From: Porphyromonadaceae bacterium UBA2720
GTDB taxonomy: Bacteria; Bacteroidota; Bacteroidia; Bacteroidales; Muribaculaceae
Direction of reading: 5' to 3'
NCBI GenBank assembly: GCA_002353885.1
Contig: DEKO01000147.1
Span: 4,443-68,442 of the forward strand
Length of the DNA: 64,000 nucleotides
Shown: piece by piece, positions 37,717-48,193 of the stretch
Numbering within the stretch: the first letter of the stretch is position 1
How the letters are laid out: each line of letters begins with the position of its first letter
Translations under genes and position numbers: made by a program
The notes under the pieces: model-generated
Database searches by the model: none
Told to the model about the DNA's origin: nothing
What the model saw: only the letters and a program-made list of their open reading frames with translations

Positions 37717-38940
37717 TCACTGTAGTGTGAGCACGGTGGCGTTGTCTAGGGTAATGTGCCGAGCTGCATGCCGCAACTGCTCGGGTGTGACACTGGTGAT
37801 GCACTCTGTCATCTGCTCGAGTGTGGTCATCTGCCCATGGCACAGCATGTTGCGGCCGGCATTCATTGCCATCCACTCAGCGCTGTCGGCAGCCAGCAGC
37901 AGTTGGCCGCAATATTGGCGCTTGGCAGCATCCAGCCGTCGGTCAGACAGGATGTTCTCGGCCAAGTCACGCGTCACATGGTCGATAACCCGCAGGCTTG
38001 AGCGGATGTCGCTGGGGTCACAGCCCATGTAGATCTGCATCAGTCCACAGTCGCTCATCAAGCTGATGGACGACTCGACGGTGTAGACATAGCCGCGGCG
38101 CTCGCGCAGTTGGACGTTGAGCAGCGAGTTCATGCCTGGGCCACCCAAGATGTTGTTGAGCAGCGACAGGGCAAACCGCTCATCACTGTAGAGGCTGGGC
38201 AGGCGCATAGCTGCCACGGTGTGGGCCTGGTGCAACCCCAATTCGACGGTGTGGCGGCTGGGAGCATTGACCACTGGCACTTCACGGGGTGTGCGGTGCA
38301 GCGGGCAGTCCATGCCCCCCAGGTGGTGTTCGGCCAGTCGGAAGGCTCGCCCGGGAGCCATCGGGCCGACCACAAAGAATGCCATGTTGTCGGGCACATA
38401 GAGCGACTTCAGGTATTCCATGCATTGTTCCGACCCAAGCTGTCGCAAATGCTCCTCGATGCCCAGGATGTTGTGCCCCAGTGCACTGCCGGCAAACAGG
38501 ATGTCCTCGACATCGTCATAGACGGCGTCGCTGGGCGTGTCGCGATAGCTGTCGGCCTCCTCGAGCACCACATCGCGTTCACGTTCAATCTCGTCGTGAG
38601 GGAATGTTGAGCACTTCACCAGGTCGGCTATGAGCTCGACGGCACGTGCCAAGTGCTGTGCCGGAAACACCGAGTAGACCATGGTGTGCTCCTTGGTGGT
38701 GTAGGCATTCAGCTCGCCACCGATGCTCTCCATGCGATTGATGATGTGCCACGAGCGGCGGTGTGTCGTGCCCTTGAAGATGGTGTGCTCGACAAAGTGG
38801 GCCAGGCCATAGCGTCCCTCGCCATCGTCTCGGCTGCCAGCATTGACGGCAAGGCCGCACCATGCCACGGGCGAACTGGTGCGCACATGCACCATGCGCA
38901 GCCCGTTGGGCAAGGTGTGTGTGGTGTAGATGTTGTCCAT
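37717..38940 (-). CDS. M16 family (pitrilysin-like) zinc peptidase
   Basis: GLAHFVEHTIFKGT (HxxEH), NAYT, LRERRGYVY. Confidence 0.93.
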   Translation of the reverse strand: MDNIYTTHTLPNGLRMVHVRTSSPVAWCGLAVNAGSRDDGEGRYGLAHFVEHTIFKGTTHRRSWHIINRMESIGGELNAYTTKEHTMVYSVFPAQHLARAVELIADLVKCSTFPHDEIERERDVVLEEADSYRDTPSDAVYDDVEDILFAGSALGHNILGIEEHLRQLGSEQCMEYLKSLYVPDNMAFFVVGPMAPGRAFRLAEHHLGGMDCPLHRTPREVPVVNAPSRHTVELGLHQAHTVAAMRLPSLYSDERFALSLLNNILGGPGMNSLLNVQLRERRGYVYTVESSISLMSDCGLMQIYMGCDPSDIRSSLRVIDHVTRDLAENILSDRRLDAAKRQYCGQLLLAADSAEWMAMNAGRNMLCHGQMTTLEQMTECITSVTPEQLRHAARHITLDNATVLTLQ

Positions 38941-38941
38941 A

Positions 38942-39481
38942 TCAGCTTTTACGCACCAGGGTGACAAAGTCGTAGGCATAGGGGTTGCGCTCATCGGCAT
39001 CGTGCCTCTCGCAGTTCAGTTGCTGCCACTCATCGGGGTTGATGGCGGGAAAGAAGGCGTCGGCCTCGTCGAATGTTGCATGCAGGCGAGTGAGGTGCAA
39101 GGTCTGCACCATGTCGATGGTCGCGGCATAGATTTGTGCACCGCCGATGATGAAGATTTCTCCCGGCATGGTTGCTGCCTGCAGTGCCTCGTCGACACTG
39201 TGCACCACGGTCACGCCCTGCGGATGATAGTGCTTATTGTGCGTGATGACGATGTTCTGGCGTCCAGGCAGAGCACCCTTGGGGAACGACTCGAAGGTGC
39301 GTCGCCCCATGACGATGCTGTGGCCCATGGTCAGGTTCTTGAAGTGCTTGAGGTCGGCGGGCAGGTGGCACAACAGGTCACCATCGCGCCCGATGGCGCC
39401 ATCCTGTGCCACGACGACGATGGCAGCGATGCCTGCAGGCCGCGACTGAGTCGCGGCATACTGAACCGTGTCAGAATTCAT
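38942..39481 (-). CDS. folA: Dihydrofolate reductase
   Basis: AIG..LP.DLKHFK, MGRRTFES, LPGR, IIGGAQIY, ADAFFP. Confidence 0.94.
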   Translation of the reverse strand: MNSDTVQYAATQSRPAGIAAIVVVAQDGAIGRDGDLLCHLPADLKHFKNLTMGHSIVMGRRTFESFPKGALPGRQNIVITHNKHYHPQGVTVVHSVDEALQAATMPGEIFIIGGAQIYAATIDMVQTLHLTRLHATFDEADAFFPAINPDEWQQLNCERHDADERNPYAYDFVTLVRKS

Positions 39482-39508
39482 TGTGATTTGTTTGTAGTTC
39501 TAAAGATT

Positions 39509-41182
39509 CTAGTAATGGAAGCTGCTGCCACCCAGGAACTCTCGCAGCAAGCTGGTGTGGGGGATATCTTTCTCCTCTAGCGACTCGAAGTAGCTCAAGA
39601 ACTTGAGCAGGCGCCATGCCTCGGCATACTCTGGGCAGTCGGCCGGAACCTCCTTGAGGATGGGTTCGGCATACTCCTTCATCACCGCCAGTTCAAATAG
39701 CAACGATGAGTTGAACATGGCATCGGCATTCTCCTGATAGGGCAAAATCCACTTCTCCTCGCCACGACGAACGCTGGGCCAGCGAGCAATCGTGTCACGA
39801 GCGCTTGCACCACGGTACTTGGCGTCACGCACAATGCGGCGCAACAAGCGGTTGTCAGTGGTCGGTATCCAGTTGTGGTCGTCGATGCTCAGTGTGGTGA
39901 GCGCGCTCACGAAGATGCGGTACTTCAGCTCCTCGGCGATGCCCTGTGTCAGCAGGGGATTCAATCCATGGATACCCTCGATGAGCAGCACGTTGTTCTT
40001 TTCGAGTCGCAAGGTGTTGCCACGGTACTCGCGTTGTCCCAGGGCAAAGTTGTAGGTGGGCATTTTCACTTCTTTGCCTGCCAGCAGGTCTTCCATGTCC
40101 TGATTGAACTGTGCCAAGTCTAGGGCGTAAATTGACTCGTAGTCATAGTCTCCAGTCTCGTCGCGCGGTGTCTGGTCGCGGTTGACAAAGTAGTTGTCCA
40201 GCTCAATGACCTTGGGGCGAATGTAGTTGGCGACCAGCTGGATGGCGAGTCGCTTGCTGCTGGTGGTCTTGCCGCTCGACGAGGGTCCGGCGATGAGTAC
40301 CACGCGTGCACCGCCCTGCTTATAGCGTTGTGCAATGTCGTAGGCCATCTCGCCAAACTTGCGGTTATGCAGGGCCTCGGCCACATTGATGAGCAGCGAG
40401 GCATATTGGCTCTTGATGGCATGATTGAGGTAGCCCACGTCATCGATGCCGATGATGTCGTTGAACTGTGTGTACTCGGTGAATGCGTTGAACATCTTGG
40501 GTTGCTCGACAAGCTTTGCCACCTGGGTGGTATCTTTCCAGTCTGGGCCCAATAGCAGCACACCGCCCTCATAGGGGACCAGGTCGAACGCCTGCAAATA
40601 ACCAGTCGACGGCATCAGCGGTCCGTAGAAACTGTCGATGATGTCGCCCAGCTGATAATATTTGGTGTAGAGCTCGTGCACCGAGCTCAGCAGGCGCACC
40701 TTGTCGTTGAGTCCTTGCTGCCTGAACATCTCAATCACGTCCTTGGTGAGACGCTCGTGGCCCACCAGTGGGATGTTGTGTTCGATGATTTCTTCCATCT
40801 TGGACTGGATGCGGTCGATGACCTCGGGTGTGATGGGCTGATTGTCGTGCTTAAACACACAGTAGTATCCTCCCGACACGTTGTGCATGAAGCGCAGACG
40901 CTTGCCGGGATAGCGGTCGTTGACCGCCTTGTACATGACCATACAGAGCGTGCGGATGTAGGCCCGCTGGGCCGAAGCGTGCTCCAGTCCCAGAAACTCG
41001 ACCTGCTTGGGGCGGTAGACGCTGAAGCGCAGGTCCTCGCTCTTGTTGTTGACACGGGCCATCACCGGATGGGGGTGAGGCTTGGGCTCCATACGGTTGT
41101 AGATGTCGAGCAGGCTCTCGCCGCCCGTGATGGGGATATACTGCCCCGTGTTGACGCAGTAGATGTTCAAGTCGTTATTCAT
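39509..41182 (-). CDS. Uridine/nucleoside kinase with ThrRS-like N-terminal domains
   Basis: IAGPSSSGKTT, LDNYF, IEGIHGLNP, LLREFLGGS. Confidence 0.9.
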   Translation of the reverse strand: MNNDLNIYCVNTGQYIPITGGESLLDIYNRMEPKPHPHPVMARVNNKSEDLRFSVYRPKQVEFLGLEHASAQRAYIRTLCMVMYKAVNDRYPGKRLRFMHNVSGGYYCVFKHDNQPITPEVIDRIQSKMEEIIEHNIPLVGHERLTKDVIEMFRQQGLNDKVRLLSSVHELYTKYYQLGDIIDSFYGPLMPSTGYLQAFDLVPYEGGVLLLGPDWKDTTQVAKLVEQPKMFNAFTEYTQFNDIIGIDDVGYLNHAIKSQYASLLINVAEALHNRKFGEMAYDIAQRYKQGGARVVLIAGPSSSGKTTSSKRLAIQLVANYIRPKVIELDNYFVNRDQTPRDETGDYDYESIYALDLAQFNQDMEDLLAGKEVKMPTYNFALGQREYRGNTLRLEKNNVLLIEGIHGLNPLLTQGIAEELKYRIFVSALTTLSIDDHNWIPTTDNRLLRRIVRDAKYRGASARDTIARWPSVRRGEEKWILPYQENADAMFNSSLLFELAVMKEYAEPILKEVPADCPEYAEAWRLLKFLSYFESLEEKDIPHTSLLREFLGGSSFHY

Positions 41183-42303
41183 TGTTTAATCTTGTTTTTC
41201 AGTGAGTTGATGCGCCTGTTGGCCTCCTGGATGCGACTCAGCGCGATGCGGCCGTCCTTCACTGCCCGCACAATCATGTCGACCAAGTGGAATGGTCGGT
41301 CGGCCTCAAAACCGGTGGAGATGTTGTTGCCCACGCACAGCATGTCGCACCCGGCATTGATGGCCAGCACCAGTGCCGGCTCAATCTGATAGTGGTCGAT
41401 GATGCCCTGCATGTACATGTCATCGCTTAGAATGACGCCATCGTAGTGGAGCTGACGACGCAGCACGCCAGTCAACGTCTTGTGCGACAACGTGGCGGGA
41501 TAGTCGGGATCGATGGTGCGGTTGAAGATATGTGCTGTCATCACCAGATCGACTTTGCCCTGCCCGATGAGCAGCTCATAGGGGCGCAGCTCGGTGGGCT
41601 GCCATGTGTCGGTCACATCCACCAGCCCCCAGTGTGAGTCGCTGGTGGCGTTGCCGTGTCCGGGAAAGTGCTTGAGCGTGCACATCACACCCTGCCGGTG
41701 ATGCTCGTCGACCAGCATGCCGGCATGCCATGCCACAACCGACGGACTGGCCGAGTAACAGCGGTCAATCTTTCCCAGCCCTGGCGTGTCGGGGTTGAGC
41801 AGGTCGACTACGGGCGCTAGATTGATGTTGACACCGCTCTGCGACAGCTGTCTGGCCATCAGTCGTGCATAGTGCCGAGTGGAGTCGCTGCGTTGCATCT
41901 GTCCAATCTGTGCGGCCGATGGCAGCTGCTCGTAGCCATATTGTGGCTTGAGGCGCTGCACGCGCCCGCCCTCCTGGTCCAGCGCAATGAGTAGTCGCCC
42001 TCCACCCCAACGTTGCAGTTGTGCAGTCATGCGTTGCAGCTTCTGGCGGCTGGTGATGTTGCGCGAGCCGATGGTGGCATCGCCCGTGAGGTCGACGTCA
42101 AACAGGATAATAGCGCCCACCCCCAAGTCGCGCACATAGCGTGCTGCGTCGCTTGTTTCGCTGACCGAGTCGCCCCGAAACCCCACCATCAGCATCTGAG
42201 CTGCCATCCGGCGCAACTCAGCATCGTTCGGCAGCTGTGACGATGCAAACAAGTTGCCCGCCATCAGGCAGGCAACCAACAGCGGTAATAGTGAATGCTT
42301 CAT
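41179..42303 (-). CDS. GH3 beta-N-acetylhexosaminidase
   Basis: DQEGG, APVVD, KHFPGHG..DSH, SDD motifs; signal peptide. Confidence 0.9.
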   Translation of the reverse strand: MKHSLLPLLVACLMAGNLFASSQLPNDAELRRMAAQMLMVGFRGDSVSETSDAARYVRDLGVGAIILFDVDLTGDATIGSRNITSRQKLQRMTAQLQRWGGGRLLIALDQEGGRVQRLKPQYGYEQLPSAAQIGQMQRSDSTRHYARLMARQLSQSGVNINLAPVVDLLNPDTPGLGKIDRCYSASPSVVAWHAGMLVDEHHRQGVMCTLKHFPGHGNATSDSHWGLVDVTDTWQPTELRPYELLIGQGKVDLVMTAHIFNRTIDPDYPATLSHKTLTGVLRRQLHYDGVILSDDMYMQGIIDHYQIEPALVLAINAGCDMLCVGNNISTGFEADRPFHLVDMIVRAVKDGRIALSRIQEANRRINSLKNKIKQ

Positions 42304-42306
42304 TGA

Positions 42307-42744
42307 CTACCTGGTCGGTTTGAAGAAGTCAAAGAAGTAGTAGCATGCAATCCAGTCGACACGGATGCCGCGAGCAAAGCCCAACACACGCTGGTTGGTA
42401 TCGGTCACCTTTCCGTCATTCAGGTTGATGGTGCCCAGCACTCGGCTCTCGCCGTCACACACAGTGCCATCGGTCTTGATATACCCGATGCGTGTGCCCG
42501 ATGCATCGAAGATTTCCAGGCGGCTGATGCGCCCGCGCGTCACACCGGCCTTGTCCTTGACAGTGCCGTCAGCCTCAAACGAGCCGATGCTGCGCTGTGA
42601 TGCGTCGCGCACCAGCCCGTTTCCGGCTATGCGCCCCACGCTCTTGTAGTCGGCGTCGCGCAGCACCTGTGCCTGTGCGCTCATGCTCCAGGCCATAGCC
42701 ATCACCATGATGGCTGTCATCAGATATGTCTTAATTCCTTTCAT
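42307..42744 (-). CDS. Secreted beta-hairpin repeat protein (beta-flower-like)
   Basis: Signal peptide and repeated DGTV.D..G..IG units; promoter TAACTTTG at 42782-42789. Confidence 0.75.
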   Translation of the reverse strand: MKGIKTYLMTAIMVMAMAWSMSAQAQVLRDADYKSVGRIAGNGLVRDASQRSIGSFEADGTVKDKAGVTRGRISRLEIFDASGTRIGYIKTDGTVCDGESRVLGTINLNDGKVTDTNQRVLGFARGIRVDWIACYYFFDFFKPTR

Positions 42745-42892
42745 TGTTCTGCATTTTGTTTTTTAGACTAGAAACGAAGCGCAAAGTTACAACAATTAAT
42801 TAAGAATTAATCATTAAGGGTCAAGAATTTGTGTTTTCGGTGTCGTTTTTTTGCGTTCCCTATTGCCATGCGGCAGCCACGCTGGTCTTCAG

Positions 42893-43576
42893 TTATATCC
42901 GTGTGTCGATGTGCAGCACTTGTTGCACAATCATCATCTCGCGGATGTCGCTGCGCAGCACGTCCATGTCGTCATAGTCCTTGTTGGCACTGCGCAGCGT
43001 CACCAGGTTCGGGTCTTGGTTGCGGCGTACATACTTGATGAGTCGGTAGTCGTCGAGCAGAACAACATAGATCTCGCCCCAGAAGATGTGGCGCATGCTG
43101 GTGAGCTCACGTATGGCCACATAGTCGCCATTGCAGATGACGGGTTTCATCGAGTCGCCACTGACCTTGATGATGCGCGAGCCCGATGGCATGCCCGGGA
43201 GGTCTACCCAGCCCACGATGCGGTCGTCGGTGAACATGGCCGAGCGTGGCATCGATCCCGCAGTCACATCGATGTCATAGACGGGTGTTCCCTGGTTGGC
43301 CAGCTGCACGGTGGGCACAGCCAGGGTGGGTGTGGACACCTGCTTGGCAAATGGCAGGTCGGTGCCCTGCTCCAGCCACTGCTTCGACACCCCCAGGTTG
43401 ACCACAATGCGGTTGATGAGTGCCTGGCTGACAGGCAATCGTCCATTGAGGTACTTCGACAGGTTGGATGCATTGATGTCAATCTTTTGGGCAAATTCTA
43501 CCTGTTTGTATCTCAGCTCGTCCATGAGATACTTGATGCGCTCGATAATCGCTTGGTCGTTCTGATTTGTTTCCAT
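42893..43576 (-). CDS. XRE HTH plus S24 peptidase (LexA/CI-like) repressor
   Basis: QVEFAQKIDINASNLSKY HTH, AG cleavage-type dipeptide, VSGDSMKP serine, LIKY lysine; promoter 43618-43625. Confidence 0.88.
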   Translation of the reverse strand: METNQNDQAIIERIKYLMDELRYKQVEFAQKIDINASNLSKYLNGRLPVSQALINRIVVNLGVSKQWLEQGTDLPFAKQVSTPTLAVPTVQLANQGTPVYDIDVTAGSMPRSAMFTDDRIVGWVDLPGMPSGSRIIKVSGDSMKPVICNGDYVAIRELTSMRHIFWGEIYVVLLDDYRLIKYVRRNQDPNLVTLRSANKDYDDMDVLRSDIREMMIVQQVLHIDTRI

Positions 43577-43668
43577 TGTGTTGTTCGTTTTTTTGTGTGT
43601 TTCCACTAGTAATGCTGCAAAATTACAACATTTCGGGTAAACAGCCAAATTATTAGCCGTAATAATTC

Positions 43669-43803
43669 AATTCTCAGTTCTCAATTCTCAAGTCTCATTT
43701 TTTTTTAGTACCTTTGCGCGATTTTTGTAAAACCCAAGAGGATTGGGAGGTAGGAGTCCAAAATTCAGTGATGCTGAAGATTCTCAATTTTCAATTCTCA
43801 ATT
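43669..43803 (+). repeat. Two (AATTCTC)n tracts flanking the leuS promoter
   Basis: 43669-43696 and 43779-43803; -7 box TACCTTTG at 43709-43716 lies between them. Confidence 0.85.
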
Positions 43804-43813
43804 AGATTAAACG

Positions 43814-46585
43814 ATGGACTATAATTTCCGCGAGATTGAGCAGAAGTGGCAACAGTGGTGGCGCGACAATGGCGTCTACCGTGCCGAGGTCGATAACAAT
43901 CGTCCCAAATTCTATGTGCTGGACATGTTTCCCTATCCCTCGGGAGCTGGACTGCACGTGGGACACCCGCTGGGATACATCGCCAGCGACATCTATGCAC
44001 GCTACAAGCGTCTGCAAGGCTTCAACGTGCTTCATCCCATGGGATATGACGCCTATGGATTGCCAGCCGAGCAGTATGCTATACAGACTGGTCAACACCC
44101 CGAGGTGACCACGGTCAAGAACATCACCCGTTACCGCGAGCAGCTCGACAAGATTGGGTTCTGCTACGACTGGAACCGCGAGGTGCGCACCTGCGACCCC
44201 AAGTACTACAAGTGGACGCAGTGGGCATTCTTGCTCATGTTCAAGAGCTACTATAACACTGCCATCGAGAAGGCGTGTCCCATCGAGGAGCTTGTCGCTC
44301 ACTTCGAACAATATGGCACCGACGGCTGCAATGCGCACACCAGTTCGACCGACACCTTCACCGCCGATGATTGGAACGCCATGACCAAGGTCGAGAAGGA
44401 GAACGTGCTGATGAACTATCGCATCGCCTATCGCGGAAAGACCATGGTCAACTGGTGCCCCAAGTTGGGCACTGTGCTGGCCAACGACGAGGTGAGCGAG
44501 GGCGTGAGTGTGCGCGGTGGCTATCCTGTCGAACAGAAGGTGATGAACCAGTGGTGCTTGCGCGTCAGTGCTTATGCCCCACGACTGCTGCGCGACCTGG
44601 ACACCATCGAGTGGACCGACAGCATCAAGGAGACCCAGCGCAACTGGATTGGCTATAGCGAGGGTGCCGAGATGAACTTTGAGGTGGCTGGAACGGGCAA
44701 GAACCTTCTCATCTTCACCACGCGTGCCGACACCATCTTCGGTGTGACGTTCATGGTGCTGGCACCCGAAAGCATCTACGTCGACGAGGTGGTCACTCCC
44801 GAGCAGCGTCAGGCTGTCGACGACTATCTGGACGAGGTTAAGCACAAGACCGAGCGCGAACGCATGATTGAGAAGAAGGTGAGCGGCGTGTTTACTGGCT
44901 CATATGCCATCAACCCCGTCACCGGCAAGGAGATTCCCATCTACATCAGCGACTATGTGCTGGCTGGCTATGGCACTGGCGCCATCATGGCAGTGCCTGC
45001 CCACGACAGCCGCGACTATGCCTTCGCCCGTCACTTCGACCTGCCTATCATTCCGCTGGTCGAGGGTGCCGATGTCACTGAGGAGAGCTTCGACGCCAAG
45101 GAGGGTATCATGATGAACTCGAGCAATGACTTGCTGCAACTCAATGGTCTGACCGTCAAAGAGGCTATCGAGAAGACCAAGAAATTCATTGCCGAGGCTG
45201 GACTGGGCCGTGTCAAGGTCAACTATCGCTTGCGCGATGCCATCTTCAGCCGCCAGCGCTACTGGGGCGAGCCGTTCCCCATCTACTATGATGCTGACGG
45301 CCAGCCACAGCCTCTGGACGAGAGCGAGCTGCCCCTGCAGCTGCCCGAGGTCGACGCCTTCCTGCCCACCGAGACGGGTGAGCCCCCGCTGGGCCGCGCC
45401 AAGAACTGGACCACGAAGGATGGTCAGCCCCTGGAATTGTGCACCATGCCTGGCTTTGCTGGGTCGAGCGCCTACTATCTGCGCTATATGGACCCCCACA
45501 ACGACAAGGCGCTGGTCTCGCGTGAAGCCAACAACTACTGGCGGCAGGTCGACCTCTATGTCGGTGGCACCGAGCATGCCACGGGTCACCTTATCTACAG
45601 CCGATTCTGGAACAAGTTCCTCTATGACTACGGCTACGTGTGCGAGAAGGAGCCATTCCGCAAACTCGTCAACCAGGGCATGATTCAGGGGCGCAGCAAC
45701 TTTGTCTATCGCATCAAGGACACCAACACGTTTGTGTCCTACAACCTCAAGGACAAGTATGATGTGACCCCCATCCATGTGGATGTCAACATCGTGAGCA
45801 ACGACGCACTCGACATCGACAAGTTCCGCGAGTGGAGGCCTGAGTACCGCAACGCCGAGTTCATCCTTGAGAATGGCAAGTATATCTGCGGCTGGTCGAT
45901 CGAGAAGATGTCCAAGTCGATGTTCAACGTTGTCAATCCCGATGTGGTGGTAGAACTCTTCGGTGCCGACACGTTGCGACTCTATGAGATGTTCCTTGGT
46001 CCGCTGGAGGCCAGTAAGCCCTGGGACACGAATGGTATCGACGGTGTGCACAACTTCATCAAGAAGCTGTGGAACCTGATTTTCAAGGGCGACAAGCTGG
46101 CGCTGACCGACCGTGCGGCCACGGCCGACGAACTCAAGTCACTGCACAAGCTCATCAAGAAGGTGACCGGCGACATCGAGTCGTTCTCGTTCAACACCAG
46201 TGTGGCTGCGTTCATGATTTGCCGCAACGAGCTGCAGGCCCTCAAGTGCGATGCTCGCGAGGTCTATGAGCAGTTCATCGTGTTGCTGGCGCCGTTCGCA
46301 CCGCATGTGGCTGAGGAACTGTGGCATGTGCTTGGCCATGAGGGCACTGTGTGCGACGCACAGTGGCCCAAATGGAACGAGGACTACCTCAAGGAGTCGA
46401 CCATCAAGTACACCGTGATGATCAAGGGCCGTCCGCGCTACGACATCTTTGTGGCTGCCGGTACCGAGGCTGCTGAGGTCGAGAAGGCCGCTCTGGCCCA
46501 CGAGGGTGCCGCCAAGTGGCTCGAGGGCGCCACGCCCAAGAAGGTCATCGTCGTGCCCAACAAGCTGGTCAACATCGTGCTTTGA
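43814..46585 (+). CDS. leuS: Leucine--tRNA ligase
   Basis: [25 protein letters not shown] editing motif, KMSKS. Confidence 0.98.
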   Translation: MDYNFREIEQKWQQWWRDNGVYRAEVDNNRPKFYVLDMFPYPSGAGLHVGHPLGYIASDIYARYKRLQGFNVLHPMGYDAYGLPAEQYAIQTGQHPEVTTVKNITRYREQLDKIGFCYDWNREVRTCDPKYYKWTQWAFLLMFKSYYNTAIEKACPIEELVAHFEQYGTDGCNAHTSSTDTFTADDWNAMTKVEKENVLMNYRIAYRGKTMVNWCPKLGTVLANDEVSEGVSVRGGYPVEQKVMNQWCLRVSAYAPRLLRDLDTIEWTDSIKETQRNWIGYSEGAEMNFEVAGTGKNLLIFTTRADTIFGVTFMVLAPESIYVDEVVTPEQRQAVDDYLDEVKHKTERERMIEKKVSGVFTGSYAINPVTGKEIPIYISDYVLAGYGTGAIMAVPAHDSRDYAFARHFDLPIIPLVEGADVTEESFDAKEGIMMNSSNDLLQLNGLTVKEAIEKTKKFIAEAGLGRVKVNYRLRDAIFSRQRYWGEPFPIYYDADGQPQPLDESELPLQLPEVDAFLPTETGEPPLGRAKNWTTKDGQPLELCTMPGFAGSSAYYLRYMDPHNDKALVSREANNYWRQVDLYVGGTEHATGHLIYSRFWNKFLYDYGYVCEKEPFRKLVNQGMIQGRSNFVYRIKDTNTFVSYNLKDKYDVTPIHVDVNIVSNDALDIDKFREWRPEYRNAEFILENGKYICGWSIEKMSKSMFNVVNPDVVVELFGADTLRLYEMFLGPLEASKPWDTNGIDGVHNFIKKLWNLIFKGDKLALTDRAATADELKSLHKLIKKVTGDIESFSFNTSVAAFMICRNELQALKCDAREVYEQFIVLLAPFAPHVAEELWHVLGHEGTVCDAQWPKWNEDYLKESTIKYTVMIKGRPRYDIFVAAGTEAAEVEKAALAHEGAAKWLEGATPKKVIVVPNKLVNIVL

Positions 46586-46735
46586 CAAGAGGCGATAAAC
46601 AAGAAGCAAACTAATCCGCATTTTCCACCCTCACCAATGATGGGGGTGGAAGTTTGTGCTCAATGCTGAACAAAAACCAATCATCCAAAATAAGAGATTT
46701 TTTAACCCTAATTATTTACACGCTAAACTAAATCT

Positions 46736-47359
46736 ATGAAGAAAATTTTTATTGCATGCATGGCATGCCTGACATCGTTGTGCGCTCTGGCTTACAACAA
46801 TCTCGACAGTGATGAGATCATGCTGACCGATGTTTACATCAACAAGGAAAACAACACGTTGGTTGAGAAGGCGGTCACCATCTTCGGTCAAGATTATAAG
46901 GTGGAAGTGAGCAATATCGTCTTGTCACCCACCTGGTTTCACTGCAACATCGTCATCAAGAATGTGTGGTCGTCGGACGACTACTTGGTGACGCAGCGCA
47001 GCGACGATGAAGACTTCACCGAGGCACCTCAAGGCAGAATCAGGCGTTCGACCATCGAGACTTCACTTCATCAGAACTATGACCTGATGATTGACTCGTG
47101 GATGCATCTCAAAGAGATCACCGACTATGGTACAGTCGAGATTGTCTACACCATCTATGATGCAGACCGGAAGAATGCGTTCGACTTGATTTTGAAGTTC
47201 CCCTACAATGAGCATACCATTACAGCAGTCAACGACATCCATGTCGACAACCAGCCGGTCGAGTACTATGACCTCAATGGCATGAAGTTGGCAGGGCCTA
47301 GGCCTGGCATCGTCATTGAGAAGCGTGGCGACTGCGTGACCAAGAAGGTGGTCAAGTGA
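46736..47359 (+). CDS. Hypothetical secreted protein with T9SS-type C-terminal domain
   Basis: Signal peptide; C-terminus TAVNDI..YYDLNG..PGIVI..KKVVK. Confidence 0.75.
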   Translation: MKKIFIACMACLTSLCALAYNNLDSDEIMLTDVYINKENNTLVEKAVTIFGQDYKVEVSNIVLSPTWFHCNIVIKNVWSSDDYLVTQRSDDEDFTEAPQGRIRRSTIETSLHQNYDLMIDSWMHLKEITDYGTVEIVYTIYDADRKNAFDLILKFPYNEHTITAVNDIHVDNQPVEYYDLNGMKLAGPRPGIVIEKRGDCVTKKVVK

Positions 47360-47529
47360 TTGTTCACGGCATCGCACACATTGTGACCAAGTATAGACAA
47401 CGTTTCGCCCAAATGTAGGTCGTTAGCACCACATTTGGGCGAAATCTTATCTGTAGTCAGCAATGTGTGGCCAAACACCGCATTTGTTATGAGTCAAGTT
47501 GCTTGTCACGACATCTAAAATGCTCAGCA

Positions 47530-47561
47530 TTTGCATAAGTCAACCAAAATGTCTAATTTTG
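47530..47561 (+). promoter_or_regulatory. Promoter TTTG-N20-TAATTTTG for the rdgB operon
   Basis: Both -33 and -7 boxes match the Bacteroides consensus. Confidence 0.75.
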
Positions 47562-47586
47562 CAGCATCATTTAGTCACGACTGACA

Positions 47587-48180
47587 ATGGAAAAAAAGAA
47601 GATTGTTTTTGCGACCAACAATGCCCACAAGTTGGAGGAACTGCGACAAATCATGGGCGACCGCTACCAGGTGCTGAGTTTGGCCGACATTGATTGCCAC
47701 GAGGACATCCCCGAGACGGCCGACACCATCGAGGGCAACGCGCGCCTCAAGGCCGAGTATATCAAAACGCATTATGGCTATGACTGCTTCAGCGATGACA
47801 CGGGGCTTGAGATTGATGCCCTGGGCGGCGAGCCTGGTGTGATGAGTGCGCGCTATGGCGGCGTGGCGCACGACAGTGAGCGCAACATCGACAAGGTGCT
47901 GCGCCTGATGGCTGATGTGCCCATGGAGCAGCGCACGGCCCACTTTCGTACGGCCATCTGTCTGATTCGTGACGGCGAGGAACGTCTGTTTGAGGGCCGT
48001 GTGGACGGGCACATCCTGATGGAGCGCCATGGCACAGGGGGCTTCGGCTACGACAGCATTTTCCAGCCCAATGAGGGCGATGGGCGCACCTTCGCCCAGA
48101 TGACGGGTGAGGAGAAGAACGCTATCAGCCACCGCGGTCGCGCCGTGGCGGCACTGACAACCTATCTTGCATCACTTTAA
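47587..48180 (+). CDS. rdgB: Non-canonical purine NTP pyrophosphatase
   Basis: FATNNAHK, DDTGL, PGVMSARY, FGYD, SHRGRA. Confidence 0.95.
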   Translation: MEKKKIVFATNNAHKLEELRQIMGDRYQVLSLADIDCHEDIPETADTIEGNARLKAEYIKTHYGYDCFSDDTGLEIDALGGEPGVMSARYGGVAHDSERNIDKVLRLMADVPMEQRTAHFRTAICLIRDGEERLFEGRVDGHILMERHGTGGFGYDSIFQPNEGDGRTFAQMTGEEKNAISHRGRAVAALTTYLASL

Positions 48181-48193
48181 ATAGATCAACTAT

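Noticed and set aside
42307-43813. Prophage around the S24 repressor
   Set aside because: No integrase, structural or replication genes; neighbours are housekeeping genes.
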